The notes: a model not told the origin generated them from the letters alone. DNA of 64,000 nucleotides from Felis catus (GCF_018350175.1 NC_058383.1:9178001-9242000), one strand, 5' to 3'; counted from the stretch's first letter, positions 23,880 to 36,338 are shown. Program-made: numbers and translations.

Positions 23880-24880
23880 CCCAAAAAACAAACAATCCAG
23901 TGAAGAAATGGGCAAAAGACACGAAGAGACACTTTTCCAAAGAAGACATCCAGATGGCCAACAGACACATGAAGAGATGTTCAACATCACTCATCAGCAG
24001 GGAAATACAAATCAAAACCACAATGAGACACCACCTCACACCTGTCAGAATGGCTAAAATTAACAACTCAGGAAACAACAGATGTTGGCAAGGATGCGGA
24101 GAAAGAGGAACCCTTTTGCACTGCTGCCAGGAATGCAAACTGGTGAAGCTGCTCTGGAAAACAGTATGGAGGTTTCTCAAAAAATTAAAAATAGAGCTAC
24201 CCTGTGACCCAGCAATTGCTCTATTACGTATTTATCCAAAGGATACAAAAATGGGATTCGAAGGGGCACATGCACCCCAATGTTTATAGCAGCATTATCG
24301 ATAATGGCCAAATAATGCAAAGAGTCCAATGTTCATGGATAAAGAAGATGTTGGTGTGTGTGTATACACATATATATATGTGTATATATATATGTATGTA
24401 TATATATTATATATATATATATACACATATATATATGTGTATACACACACACACATATATAATGGTATATGGTATATTGGTGATCAAAAAGAATGAAATG
24501 GTACCATTTGCAACAATGTGGATGGAACTAGAGTGTATTATGCTAAGCGAAATAAGTCAGAGAAAGACAAATATCATATGATTTCACTCATAGGTAGAAT
24601 TTAAGAAACAAAACAGATAAACGTAGGGGAAATGAAGGAAAAATAAGATAAAAACAGAGAGAAAGGAAAACCAGAAGAAACTCTTAAATACAGAGAACAA
24701 ACAGAGTTTCTGGAGGGGTGTTGGGAGGGGGATGGGCTAAGTGGGTGGTGGGCACTAAGGAGGGCATTTGTTGGGATGAGCACTGGGTGTGGTATGTAAG
24801 TGATGAATCACTGAATTCTACTCCTGAAATCATTATTACATTATATGTTAACTAACTTGGATTTAAATTAAAAAAAAAAA
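23880..24880 (+). mobile_element. 5'-truncated carnivore L1 (ORF2 C-terminus, 3'UTR, poly-A)
   Basis: ORF 23900-24289 [30 protein letters not shown]...[15 protein letters not shown] is the L1 ORF2 C-terminal region, broken by frameshifts; A-tail at about 24869. Confidence 0.92.
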
Positions 24881-25308
24881 GCCCAATGTGAAGAATCCAG
24901 TTGGGAAAGAGCAGCTGAATATGGGGAAGAGAAGACGCACAGATGGAGAGAGGGAGGTCCTCGACGAGGCAGAAAGACACGGGGTTTGGACAGCGGGGAA
25001 CATCTCCTCAGGCCAGGGTAGAAAGGAACAGCAGGAGGAAAGGAGGGGTGGGCGCAGACCCACGAGGGGATACAGGTTTGGGAGCAGGCTGATGGCAGAC
25101 CTCCCCTCAGAGGTTTTCCTTCTCTGAGAAATGGAAAGCATGATCAGGCCCAAGAGCCAGGAAGCAAAGTCCTGAGAGGCGCCAAGCTGTGTCTCCCTTT
25201 TCCTCTCTTGGCCTCATCTTCCCAACCTGCAGGATAAACAGCTTGGTCTGCACCCCTAGTCCCCAAACTTGTTTGATCCTCAGGAAGTTTTCAAAAATAC
25301 ACTTTTGG

Positions 25309-25907
25309 GGGGCCCCTGGGTGGCTCAGTCGGTTAAGCGTCCGACTTCGGCTCAGGTCATGATCTCACGGTCCGTGAGTTCGAGCCCCGCGTCGGGCTCT
25401 GTGCTGACAGCTCAGAGCCTGGAGCCTGCTTCAGATTCTGTGTCTCCCTCTCTCTCTGACCCTCCCCCGTTCATGCTCTATCTGTCTCTGTCTAAAAAAT
25501 AAATAAACATTAAAAAAAATTTTTTTTTAAATACACTTTTGGGAGGCCCTACCCGTGAATCTCTGGGGTTAGAAGTGGCGGGGGCAGGAATCTGTATGTG
25601 TGTATATGTGTGTGTGTGTGTGTATATATATATGTATATATATATATATATGCATACATGTATGTATATATGTGCATGTATATATGTATACATGCACATA
25701 CATATATGTATGTGTATATATATATATAACATGTATTTAGTTTTGAGATAGTGCAAGTGGGAATGAAAGAGAGGACAGAAGATCCGAAGCGGGCTCTGTG
25801 CTGACAGCAGTGAGCCTGATGTGGGGCTCAAATTCATGAACCGCGAGATCATGACCTGAGCGGACACTGGACAGACGCTCGACCGACTGAGCCACCCAGG
25901 TGCCCCC
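25309..25907. mobile_element. Two Can-SINEs in opposite orientation (25309-25520 +, 25740-25907 -) flanking a (TA/TG)n tract
   Basis: First copy flanked by the direct repeat AAATACACTTTTGGG. Confidence 0.85.
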
Positions 25908-26804
25908 AAGGAATCTGTATATATTTTTAAAGTGGCCCCGGGGCTGATGTGGGTGCACTGCCCTGCGGAGGCGAGAGGTGCTTCAGCTTTGAGAGTTTGT
26001 TATTCCAGTGGGAAGGTGCAGAATTCTAGCACAGCATTTCATGGGAGCTGCAAACTATAGAATAAGCCTCCTGCCACTTCTTGTCACCTATAACTACAAC
26101 AGCCCCAAAGCTCAAAGGGTAACTCAAGAGGAACAACAGCAAGGCACAATCAGCAGCAAGATCAGGGTCCTGCCTGAACGTGAAGCCCACCGCATACACT
26201 CTGGCTCCTGTGACCATGTTTCCAACCCCCCAGTGGAACGTGGGTCAGGGCTTAATCAAGGGGACTCCCCAGGCGGCAACAGTTGGAGCAGGGCTGTTGC
26301 AGGAGCTCAGGGATGCTTGGCAGAGCTGCCTTTCTGAAACCTGAGACCTGGGGGTAGGGGGAAGGGGAAGGAGGGGCTGCCTGGCCCTGGGAATCCACGC
26401 CTGCCTCCCCCCTGCGCCGCCCCCCCCCCTGCAGCCGGGAGCTCCTCCTCTGCCTGGGTGCCCCTTCTCTGGGGCTGCTCCAGACTGTGCGGGTCACCTC
26501 CACTCTCCCTTTGCCTCCCTCTGCCCCTGAGGTCTGGTGGGGACAGGCTGGGGCCACGAGTGAGCTCCATGGACGGGGACTTGGCCTCAGCTTATCTTCC
26601 AGCTTTGGAAAGGAAAGAAGAAAGGACTGTGCTGATTTGCATTTGGGGGATTCTTCCCCCTCCTAAACTACTGGGGGCAGAAAAAGTGATTTGAGATTTA
26701 ACCTTGGATTGACCGTGGAAGAAGGGACAGAAAGAGCCCAGAACATTCACCCAGGTATGAATACTTCACTTCTGCTAGTGTGTGTGTGTGTGTGTGTGTG
26801 TGAA

Positions 26805-26836
<32 letters not shown>

Positions 26837-27117
26837 GGAGGATGACAAGTTTTCTACTGGTCGGATGTGGAATTGCCCTTGATGATATCCCGGGCCCCTC
26901 TGACTGCTTCATTCTATGATTCTGCAGCCCTAAACTTCATTCAGTCATTCAACAAACATTTCCTGAGTGTCCACCCTGTGCCAGATGGTGCCATTGAACA
27001 AGATCTGGCACTTGCCCCAAAAAAGGTCCACAGATAGTAGTAACAATAGCAGTAGCTCCCACACATACGGTGGGTCAGGCACTGGGCTAAACCTTCTATA
27101 AACTTTAGCTCTTTAGA

Positions 27118-28929
27118 GGCCCCTGCGTGGCTCAGTAGGTTAAGCGTCCAATTTTGGCTCAGGTCATGATCTCACGATTTGGGAGTTTGAGCCCTGCGTT
27201 GGGCACTCTGCTGTCCGCACAGAGCCAGCTTCAGATCCTCTGTCTCCCTCTCTCTCTGCCCCTCCCCTGCTGTGCTCTCAAAAATAGGTAAACATTTAGG
27301 AAAAAAAAACAAAACAAAACTTTAGCTCCTTTGACCTAGCCACAATCGTCAGAGCTAAGTATATTACTAACCCCATTTTACAGATTACAATAGTGAGGCT
27401 TAGTGAGGTGAGATCACAGAGCTGGTTGGTGGTGGAACTGATGCTTCTGACCACTGTGCTGTGCTGCCTGGCCCGCCCTGTAAAGGCAGAAGATGCACTA
27501 ATAACACACAAAAGGAGGGAGTGTGAGAGCTTCAGAGAGTCACAGTTCCCGGAGGGCAGGGAACAGTTAAGTCTCATTTCCACCAAGGGTCCCAGGGGTG
27601 AAGCAGGGGCAGGCCCAGATCACTGTGGAGTCCCTCAGCAAAGACAGGCCCGTGACTACGCCTCCTTGGAGTCCTCAGTCCCCATCTCCCAGCTGTCCTG
27701 GGTCAGGCAGAGGGAATACAAAAGCTGATTATTCCACTGGGGGCTGTTCTGGGCCCCATGAATGGAGTATTGAAAACCCTGTGTCCACATCCAGATAGGT
27801 TTTCAATCTCTCCCCAACCAGACTGTTTGTATACCCGGACGGAGGCCAAGCCAGGGGGAGATGGCAGGGGTCTCCTGCCGGGAGGTATCTCCCTCTCAAT
27901 GTAGCCCAAACAGACCCATCCTCTAAACCAGGCCCCCATCTCCCCCCAGCCGTCGCATCACTGTCCATGCGCTGTATCGGCCTCTTGCTGGAGGTCTGCC
28001 AGGAAAGGGGACCTAGGGTCTTACTGGGACGTGCTTACATGGTGCAAATGTTCACTGAGTTGCATGCGTAGGATTTACACATGATGGGGCTTGTATACCT
28101 CCAAAATTTATTTATTTTTAAGGAATCTCTACACCCAACGTGGGGCTCAAACTCACAACGCTGAGGTTAAATGTCGCATGCTCTTGGGGCACCTGGGAGG
28201 CTCAGTCGGGTTAAGTGTCCGACTTCAGCTCAGGTCATGATCTCACGGTTTGTGAGTTCGAGCCCGTGGCGGGCTCTGTGCTGACAGCTTGGAGCCTGGA
28301 GTTTGCTTCGGATTCTGTGTCTCCCTCTCTCTCTGCCCTTCCCTTGCCTCTGCTCACACTCTGTCTCTGTCTGTCTCAAAAATAAATAAACATTAAAAAA
28401 AAAAAAAAAAAAGAGTTGCATGCTCTTCTGACCAAGCCAGCCAGGCACCCCTACTCAATCCAAAATACATGTTTTAGGTTTATTTATTTATTTTGAGAGA
28501 GAGAGAGAGAGAGAGAGCACGTCAGACAAAGAGAGAGAGAGAGCAGGGGAGGAGTAGAGGGAGAGGGAGAGAGACTCCCAAGCAGAATCCGATTCGAGGT
28601 TCAAACTCACAAACCGTGAGATCATGACAAGATCAAGACCTGAGCTGAAACCAAGAGCCAGGTGCTAACCTGACTGAGCCACCCAGGTGCCTCTCAATCC
28701 AAAATTTAAAAAATAATCTTCAAGGCCTTCCCACCCCAAAAGGGCAGAGCCTCTCAAATGTCACCTATTCTCCCAGCCCTTCACCATTTTGGCATATTTG
28801 AGAGTCATGGGAACCATACTTCCTTGACTGTTTTTTTTTTCCTTAAATTGATTCTTTTCTTCTGATTTATTTTGCGGGGAGGGGAGTGGAAGTGAGTGAA
28901 GAACAGAGAGAGAGACAAATCCCAGGAGG

Positions 28930-28976
<47 letters not shown>

Positions 28977-29643
28977 GGAGAGAAGCAGGGCTCACTCGAA
29001 GTGGGCTTGTGCTTACCCAAAGCAGGGATGAGCTAACCTGATGCCGGACTCGAACTCCCCAACTGTGAGATCATGACCTGAGCCAAAGTCAGATGCTTAA
29101 CGACTGAGCCACCCAAGCTCAGGTGCCCTCATTTCTTCTGATTTGTATTAACGTTTTTTTAAAAAAATGTTATTTTATTTATTTTAGACAGAGAGAGGGC
29201 ACAGGAGCAGGGAAGGGGCAGAGAGAGGGAGAGAGAGAATCCCATGAACTGTGAGATCATGACCTGAGCCAAAATCAAGAGTTAGACATTTAACCAACTG
29301 AGCCATCCAGGTGCCCCTGATTTAAATTAACTTTAAAAATAAACTTTATAGGAGTGCCTGGGCGGCTCAATTGGTTGAGCGTTGGTCTTTGGCTCAGGTC
29401 ATGATCTCGGTTTGCGAGTTCGAGCCCCGCATCAGGCTCTGTGCTGACAGCTCGGAGCCTGGAGCCTGCTTCGGATTCTGTGTCTCCCTCTCTTTCTGCC
29501 CCTCCCCTGCTCATGCTCTGTGTCTCTCTATCAAAAATAAATAAAATGTAAAAATAAATAAATAAATAAAAATAAACTTTATAATGCTCCAAATAAATGG
29601 AAAACCAGAATTCTTTACTATAAACAGAAAGCATTGTAAAAAA

Positions 29644-29707
<64 letters not shown>

Positions 29708-29930
29708 AAATAGGGGTGCCTGGTGGCTTAGTCAGTTAGGCGTCTGACTCTTGATTTCAGCCCATGTCATGATTTTGGCTCAGAACATGATCTTGGCTCA
29801 GATCAGGGTTTCGAGGTTCGTGGGTTCAAGCCCTGCACCAGGCTCCATGCTGACAGTGCAGAGCCTGCTTGGGATTCTCTCTCTCCCTCTCTCTCTACCC
29901 CACCCCTCCCCTCTCTCAATAGAGAAAGAA
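27118..29930. mobile_element. Dense Can-SINE cluster in both orientations upstream of the first SSC4D coding exon
   Basis: Plus copies at about 27118, 28186, 29351, 29713; minus copies ending at about 28690, 29120, 29318. Confidence 0.85.
29643..29709. repeat. (GAAA)n tetranucleotide repeat
   Basis: Read directly. Confidence 0.95.
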
Positions 29931-30340
29931 AGAAGACAATAGTAGACATCCTTTCATCTCCCACTAAAATTATGTGGATTACCACCAGTGGCACCAGCAC
30001 CAGGCTTTGGGATACGGTGCCCTGGAGGATAAACCCTGAGCCCTCGGCACAGACTCCGGGCCTGTGATGCTTTGGGACCAGGCAGCAGTCCAACTTTGTC
30101 TCCTGCCGTGGCTCCCACACACCCTCTGCTCCAGCCAGACCTAAGTCTTGTGCTCTACGCTCAGAGAGCCCAGCTGTTGCCCCCGCCGCCTCCACCTCCG
30201 CCTCCACTCAGAATGCCGCTGAATCCAAGCGGAAATGTCACATCCCCCTGAGGCTCTCGCTGAGCCCCTTCCAGCTGGAGGAAGTGACTTAGGATCTTTA
30301 TTTCCAGATGTTCCAGCTGTGACTTCTCCACTACCCCTTG

Positions 30341-30515
30341 ATGGGACCATCTGAAAGGCCATCCACTGGCTGGATGCACGAGGAAGCAGAGATGCGAATT
30401 GGTCCCCAGCCAGCAGAGAAGAGCAGGAGGCGGGGGCTGGGAGACTGGAGCACTGGCTCTTCACGCCTCCCCCCGGCCCTGTCCTTCCTCCTCCTTTTGC
30501 TCCTTTTGCCGCTGG
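30341..30515 (+). CDS. SSC4D: Scavenger receptor cysteine-rich family member with 4 domains, first coding exon (long signal peptide); start at ATG 30341 or in-frame ATG 30374
   Basis: MGPSERPSTGWMHEEAEMRIGPQ...LPPALSFLLLLLLLPL; acceptor TTTCCAG at 30307; donor CTGG|GTGAG. Confidence 0.9.
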
Positions 30516-32069
30516 GTGAGTGCCCTCCCCCCTCAACCCCGGACCCTTCCCTTGTCTGGCTCTTGGTTTTCCCAGCTGTAAAATTATGGTTTGTGAATGA
30601 GATCGTTTCCAAAGTTCTTTTCAGCTCTGACATTTGTTCAGGGTTGATGAAATCTAAGGGTCTGTCTGAGTTGGGGAAGTGGAGGGCTCGGTGCTGGAGG
30701 TGAGGGCTCGATGTAAACAGGGTCTGGGCGGTTAGGGGACACCGGAAATAGGGAAGGAGGGAAAGGAGTGGGCTCACCAATGGCTGTTGGAAAGGCAGCT
30801 GGTGGAATACATAGAACCAAATGACCTAGGGGCCATGCTAACTTGAGAAAGAAGCAACCGAGTCTCAGTTTCTTCATCTGTAAAATGGGCACACCAGTAC
30901 ACACCTCAGAGCATTGTCCTAAGGATTCTATGAGGTGCCTGGAGGCACATGAAGGTGCCTGAGAACCATCACACCCTGCTCGCAAGTGAGGGGCTTTTAT
31001 GGGCTTGTCAATTTCCCACCCTGGGCCAGTTTCCCTGTTTCCTACCACCTCCCCCCATCCCGCCCCAGGCCATGTGCCCAGAATTGTGTGCTGAAGAAGA
31101 GTGTGGCTATTTGGGTCGGAATCTCGGCTCTATTCTTTGTTCTCTGTGTGGCCTTGAGCAAGTGGCCTCACTTCACTAAACCAGAAGAAGTTTCCTCGTG
31201 TGCGAAATCCTACCTACCTTACACGTCCCACTGGTTAAGTTAGCCAGGCCACATAAAGCAATGGGCACAGTGCCTGACTTACACATAATGAGAGCTGAAG
31301 CAGAAGGCCTTGTATAGGTAAATCTTTGGGGGGATATCCTAATAAATCCCAAAGCCAATTGGCACACTTAAGACAGAGCTACTGACCGTCTGCTGAGTAA
31401 TACCAGGAAACACACAGACAGGCAGGGCCACATCACCAGGCAGAAGGCCCAAGAAGGCTTGGAGACTGTGTCCAGAGATTGAGAGGAAACCGCATTTCTA
31501 GCTGAAGGCTCCAGGAAGGCTCTCCAGGGACAGGGACTCTGAGCTAATCTAGAAGGATCTGCAGGCTCTAACGAGCAGAACTGTTCAAGTAGACGAGACT
31601 GCAGGGTTAAAGACCCAGAGACAAGACTGATGGGAAATTAAGAAGTAAAGGAAGGCGGGACTCCTGGCTGGCTCAGCGGGTGGAGCGTGCAACTCCTGAT
31701 TTTGGGGTTGTGAGTTCCAGCCCCACGCTGGCTGTAAAGGCTACTTTAAAAAAAATTACTTAAAAATAAAATATTTCAAAAAATAAAAAAAGAAGTGAGG
31801 GGAAGCTGGCTAAAAGGCTTTGTAGAGAAAGCTCAGGATCTGGGACTCCTGCAGGAAATGGGGAGTCTTTGAGGCACTTCCCAGCGGAGGGGGAGAAGCA
31901 GACAGACCCGTTTCAGGCAGGGAGAGAGAAGAGAAGCTTGGAAAAGGCAGGGAAAGTGAAGAGGAGGGGGATGATGGTAAGGATCATGGGGGGAAAGGAG
32001 GCTGTTCCCAGGGCCCTGTGGCCAAGGGAGGGGGCAGAGGGACCAATGCTTTTTCTCATTCTGTTTCAG

Positions 32070-32105
32070 CCAGCGCCCTACAGCCCACCCCACTGCCCTT
32101 TCCAG
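32070..32105 (+). CDS. SSC4D: SSC4D 36-nt micro-exon
   Basis: TTTCAG acceptor, (A)SALQPTPLPFP, CAG|GTAGG donor; phase 1-1. Confidence 0.9.
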
Positions 32106-32375
32106 GTAGGTGCCCCTGCCCCTCCTGCCCATACCCTGCCCTGCCCCCAGGTACCCAGATGAGCAGACGGAAGGCCTCAGGGAATGACAACTAACCAGCC
32201 CTCCGTAACTCTAGATGCCCCCAAAGAGATTGTGCTAGTCTCCCCATTTTACAGAGAGGGAGAAATAAGGCCCGGAAGGGACTGACCGTAAGGCTCCCAC
32301 GGCTTCGCAGCAAGGTGGGCGTCCTGCACATCAGGCCCAGCAATCCCCCTGGTGCCAGCCCAACCCTCTCCACAG

Positions 32376-32681
32376 AGCTGAGGCTGGTGGGGGGCCCGAG
32401 CCGCTGCCGGGGGCGCCTGGAGGTCTTGCACGGCGGCTCCTGGGGCAGCGTCTGTGACGATGACTGGGATGTGGTGGATGCCAACGTGGTGTGTCGACAG
32501 CTGGGCTGCGGCCTGGCACTGCCCGTGCCGCGGCCCCTCGCCTTCGGCCAAGGCCGAGGCCCCATCCTGCTGGACAACGTGGAGTGTGGCGGGCAGGAGG
32601 CTGCGCTGAGCCAGTGCGGCAGCCGAGGCTGGGGCGTCCACAACTGCTTCCACTACGAAGATGTGGCTGTCCTGTGCGATG
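32376..32681 (+). CDS. SSC4D: SSC4D SRCR domain 1 exon
   Basis: [31 protein letters not shown]...[14 protein letters not shown]; 306 nt; G|GTAAG donor. Confidence 0.97.
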
Positions 32682-33388
32682 GTAAGCAGAGACCTGTGAC
32701 CCGGGAGGGCGGGCAGCAGGGTTGTATGGACGAATGAAGGGACTGGCATGGCAGAAGAACAATCCAGAGGTGGCAATTGCACGGTGTGGGGGAGGAGCCC
32801 CGGCCTCGTTGTCAGGGTCCCAGCGGCCCTTCTGCCTCATTGTGCGATCCTGACTGAAGGATAAACCAGCATTATTGCTTCTATGTGGGGCCTTGATGGT
32901 TCCAGCCGAGCTCTCTCCCCATTTTGACAATCAAACAATTGGGGTCACCACTGGCAGTGAGGTCCGTTTGGTGTGGAGCTGCAGCAGACGTCTCTGAGAG
33001 GCGTTGACCTTGAGAGTATTGGTTCTAGTTTTCAACAAAATCGCCTGGTGGGCTCATTAAATAAAACACAGACGGTGGCCCCATCCCAGAGTTTCTGATT
33101 CTGCAGGTCTGGGGTGGGGCCTCGGAATCTGCATTTCTAATAAGTTCTCAAGTAACGTAATGTTGCTCTAAGAACACAAAGAACTTGTCTGAAGCTACTG
33201 CTTTCTGGACTCAGGGGGCCCCTTCTCCTCTCATACCCCAGGGTTCCTGGCTTTGACCCTTTGTGTGGCCAGAGGCCCTATGGCAGGAACCTTAGGGGTC
33301 CATGCCCTGCCGCTCACACATCCGGTGTGAGGATGAAGAACAGAAAGATCCATGTATCCTCCTCCCTTCCACCCTGCTTCCTTCCCAG

Positions 33389-33466
33389 AATTCTTGCCCA
33401 CGCAGCCCCCAACAAGGAAAGTGTTAACCAGTAGGGCGCCCCCTACAACTCCCCAGAATGGGAAAG
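33389..33466 (+). CDS. SSC4D: SSC4D Pro/Thr-rich linker exon
   Basis: Manually translated (E)[25 protein letters not shown]; pyrimidine tract + CAG; AAG|GTAAGT donor; 78 nt. Confidence 0.92.
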
Positions 33467-33679
33467 GTAAGTAAGGGCAACATGGGGACCACCTGGGTCT
33501 TAGGAGAAGGACCCCGAGAGGAGTCTGCCACCCTTACCTTTGATGGTGGGAAGAGAGGGATTACCGATGGGTGAGCTGGGACATTCCCTTCCCATCCCGC
33601 CCCTTGCAGGCCCCCAGGCTGCTCACAGTCTGGCTAGGGAAAGAGGAGGCATTCCTGTGGGATGATTAAAAATAGTACA

Positions 33680-34288
33680 GGGGCTCCGACTGACTTCAGC
33701 TCAGGTCATGATCTCACGGTTTGTGAGTTCGAGCCCCACGTCCGGCTGTGCAGACAGCTCAGAGCCTGGAGCCTGCTTGGGGTTCTGTGCCTCCCTCTCT
33801 CTTGGCCCCTCCCCCACTCACACTCTGCCTCTCTGTCTCTCTTTCTCTCTTTCAAAAGTAAATATTGAAAAATATATTTTAAAAAAAAGTCAGCACAGGG
33901 GCACCTGGGTGGCTCGATCGGTTAAGGGTCCAACTCTTGATTTTGGCTCACGTCATGATCTCACGGTTTGTGGGTTCCAGCCCGGTGTTGGGCTCTGTGC
34001 TAACAGTGCAGAGCCTACTTGGGATTCTGTCTCTCCCTCTCTCCTGCTCCTCTCTCTTGCATGCTATTTCTCTCAAAATAAATAAACTTAAAAAAAATAG
34101 TCAGCTGAGGGCACCTGGATGGCTTGATTATTTACACATAAGACTCTTGGTTTTGGCTCAGGTCATGACCTCACTGTGAGTTTGAGCCCTGTGTCAGGCT
34201 CCGTGCTCCTGGTGCAGAACCTGCTTGGGATTCTCTCTCTCTCTCTCTCTGCACTCCTCCCGCATACACACACACACACACACACACA

Positions 34289-34336
<48 letters not shown>

Positions 34337-34350
34337 ATAAACTTAAAAAA
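33680..34350 (+). mobile_element. Three tandem Can-SINEs in an SSC4D intron
   Basis: Heads at about 33680, 33898, 34108, each with CT tract and A tail. Confidence 0.85.
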
Positions 34351-34891
34351 CAGCACAAGTTGCTAAAGAGGTGAGGACCGGAGCTTAATCCAATGGGAGA
34401 CTCAGATACGTACAGAAATATGGATAAGGACGGAGAACGAGAAAATGAAAAGTGCCCCCAAAGAGGGACAGATTAAATAAGCAAGGAAGCCCAGAGGAGG
34501 AAGAGGGTCTCACCTACTAGAGATATGGGAGGGCTTCCTAGAGGAAGAATTGTTGGCAATGTACCTGGAAAGGTGAGGCTCCTTTCACTGCAGGAGTAAG
34601 TGAGGAAACAGCAGAGTGTGGACCGGTACCAGGAAGGTTGGTTTGAGGCAGAAAATGACCCAGTCAAAGCCAGTTTGTCCTGATCCCACAAACCTCCCCC
34701 AATCTGGGACTGTGAGGAGGAAGTGCCTTCGGGTAATTGGGTGAGAAGCTTCTCCTCGGTTTTAGGTGCTGGGGCCCCATGCACTGTGGATACGTGGAGG
34801 GCCTGAGGCACTGGGGAAGCACTGGATTGGGTGCACTGTTGGTGGGGAGGCACAGCCCTGTGGGAAATGCTCCCGGCCCGCCCCCCACCAG

Positions 34892-35206
34892 GTGAGGGCA
34901 GCGTGCGCCTGGTTGGGGGCGTGGGCCCGTGTCAGGGCAGAGTCGAGATCCTTCATGGTGGCCTGTGGGGCACGGTCTGCGACGACGACTGGGGGCTGCC
35001 GGATGCTGCTGTGGTCTGCCGCCAACTGGGCTGTGGGGCGGCCCTGGCCGCCACCACCAACGCCTTCTTCGGTTATGGCACGGGGCACATCCTTCTGGAC
35101 AACGTGCACTGCGAAGGCAGCGAGCCCCGCCTGGCAGCCTGCCTAAGCCTGGGCTGGGGTGTGCACAACTGCGGCCACCACGAGGACGCCGGCGCGCTCT
35201 GCGCAG
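34892..35206 (+). CDS. SSC4D: SSC4D SRCR domain 2 exon
   Basis: [34 protein letters not shown]...[14 protein letters not shown]; 315 nt. Confidence 0.97.
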
Positions 35207-36338
35207 GTGCGGGCTCGGGGGCGGGGCTGGGCGGGGACCGGGGCGGGGCCCCGCCCCGACGCGAGCGGAGGCGGAGGCGGAGGCGGAGGCGGAGCGGGGC
35301 CGGGCGGGGCTTGGTGGCTCCCCCCGATGCACCCCAGTGCTCTACGGGAAGGCCCCAAAATTACTTTTAACGTCTCAGTACTGCTCAGTACTGCTCTAGA
35401 AGTGCCTCTGAAAGTCCCAGTACTCTTTGTGGTAGGTTTCACGGTATTGTGCCACCAATACTCCAGAATTATTTAGCAGTACCCCAAGAAAGCCTCCGGA
35501 ATTTTCTAGCAATTTCCAAGTGCTCTTCATGGAATACTCCAGAGTAAAGTAATAGTACTCTAGAATTACCCCAGAGCTACTCCAGAATTCTCTCACTGTA
35601 GCCCAGGTATGCCCCCAGAATTACCAAGCATAGCCGTCTGTAATCCTTTGTAATCTGTAACCACAATAGTGTGTTCACCCACCTGGTCCCTCTCCCATTT
35701 TGAGATTTTTCCTGAGCAAATAGGAATAATAGGGCCAGTAATGGCACTTCACAGATGGACTCCACTCTATAACATATAAATTGTTTGCTCTGCCTCACAG
35801 CACACCAGGGGCCATTATTCCTGGTTTACAGATGGGAAAGCTGAGGCCCAGTGAGGCAGAGCCTTACCCGTGGTCACATAGTGAGTCCTGGCAAAGCCAC
35901 AGCTAACCTTGCTGCACAGTCTCCAGCATGACTCTTGCCCTTTCTAGTCCTGTTTTATCTGCAAGATGGGGATGAGTCTTGTGCTGTAAGCCCCTCAGGA
36001 CTGTGCATGGCCCTCCCTGGTGGGTAAGGCCTTCTCTGTCTCTCCATTTTGGACACACACTGGGCTTCTGAAAACACTGGAGAGAAACGAAAGCATGTGT
36101 GTCAAAGCCCTTTATAAACTGCAATGTGGACACCTGTGCACCAAAAGTAAATTACAAACACTGTCAAGTAGGGCAGATTTCCCCCCCCCCCACCCCACCC
36201 CACCCCACCCCACCCCAGTTTGGGAGTAAAATCTGTTGTGCTCTCCACGGAAACCCTCCCATCCTCCCCTGACGGCGCAAGGCTGACCCGGAACCAAAAC
36301 CTTGGCCTCTGACCCTGCTCCCTTCTCTCCTGCTCTAG

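Noticed and set aside
23900..24581. ORFs resembling a protein C-terminus
   Set aside because: Frameshifted, 5'-truncated L1 ORF2 remnant, not a host gene
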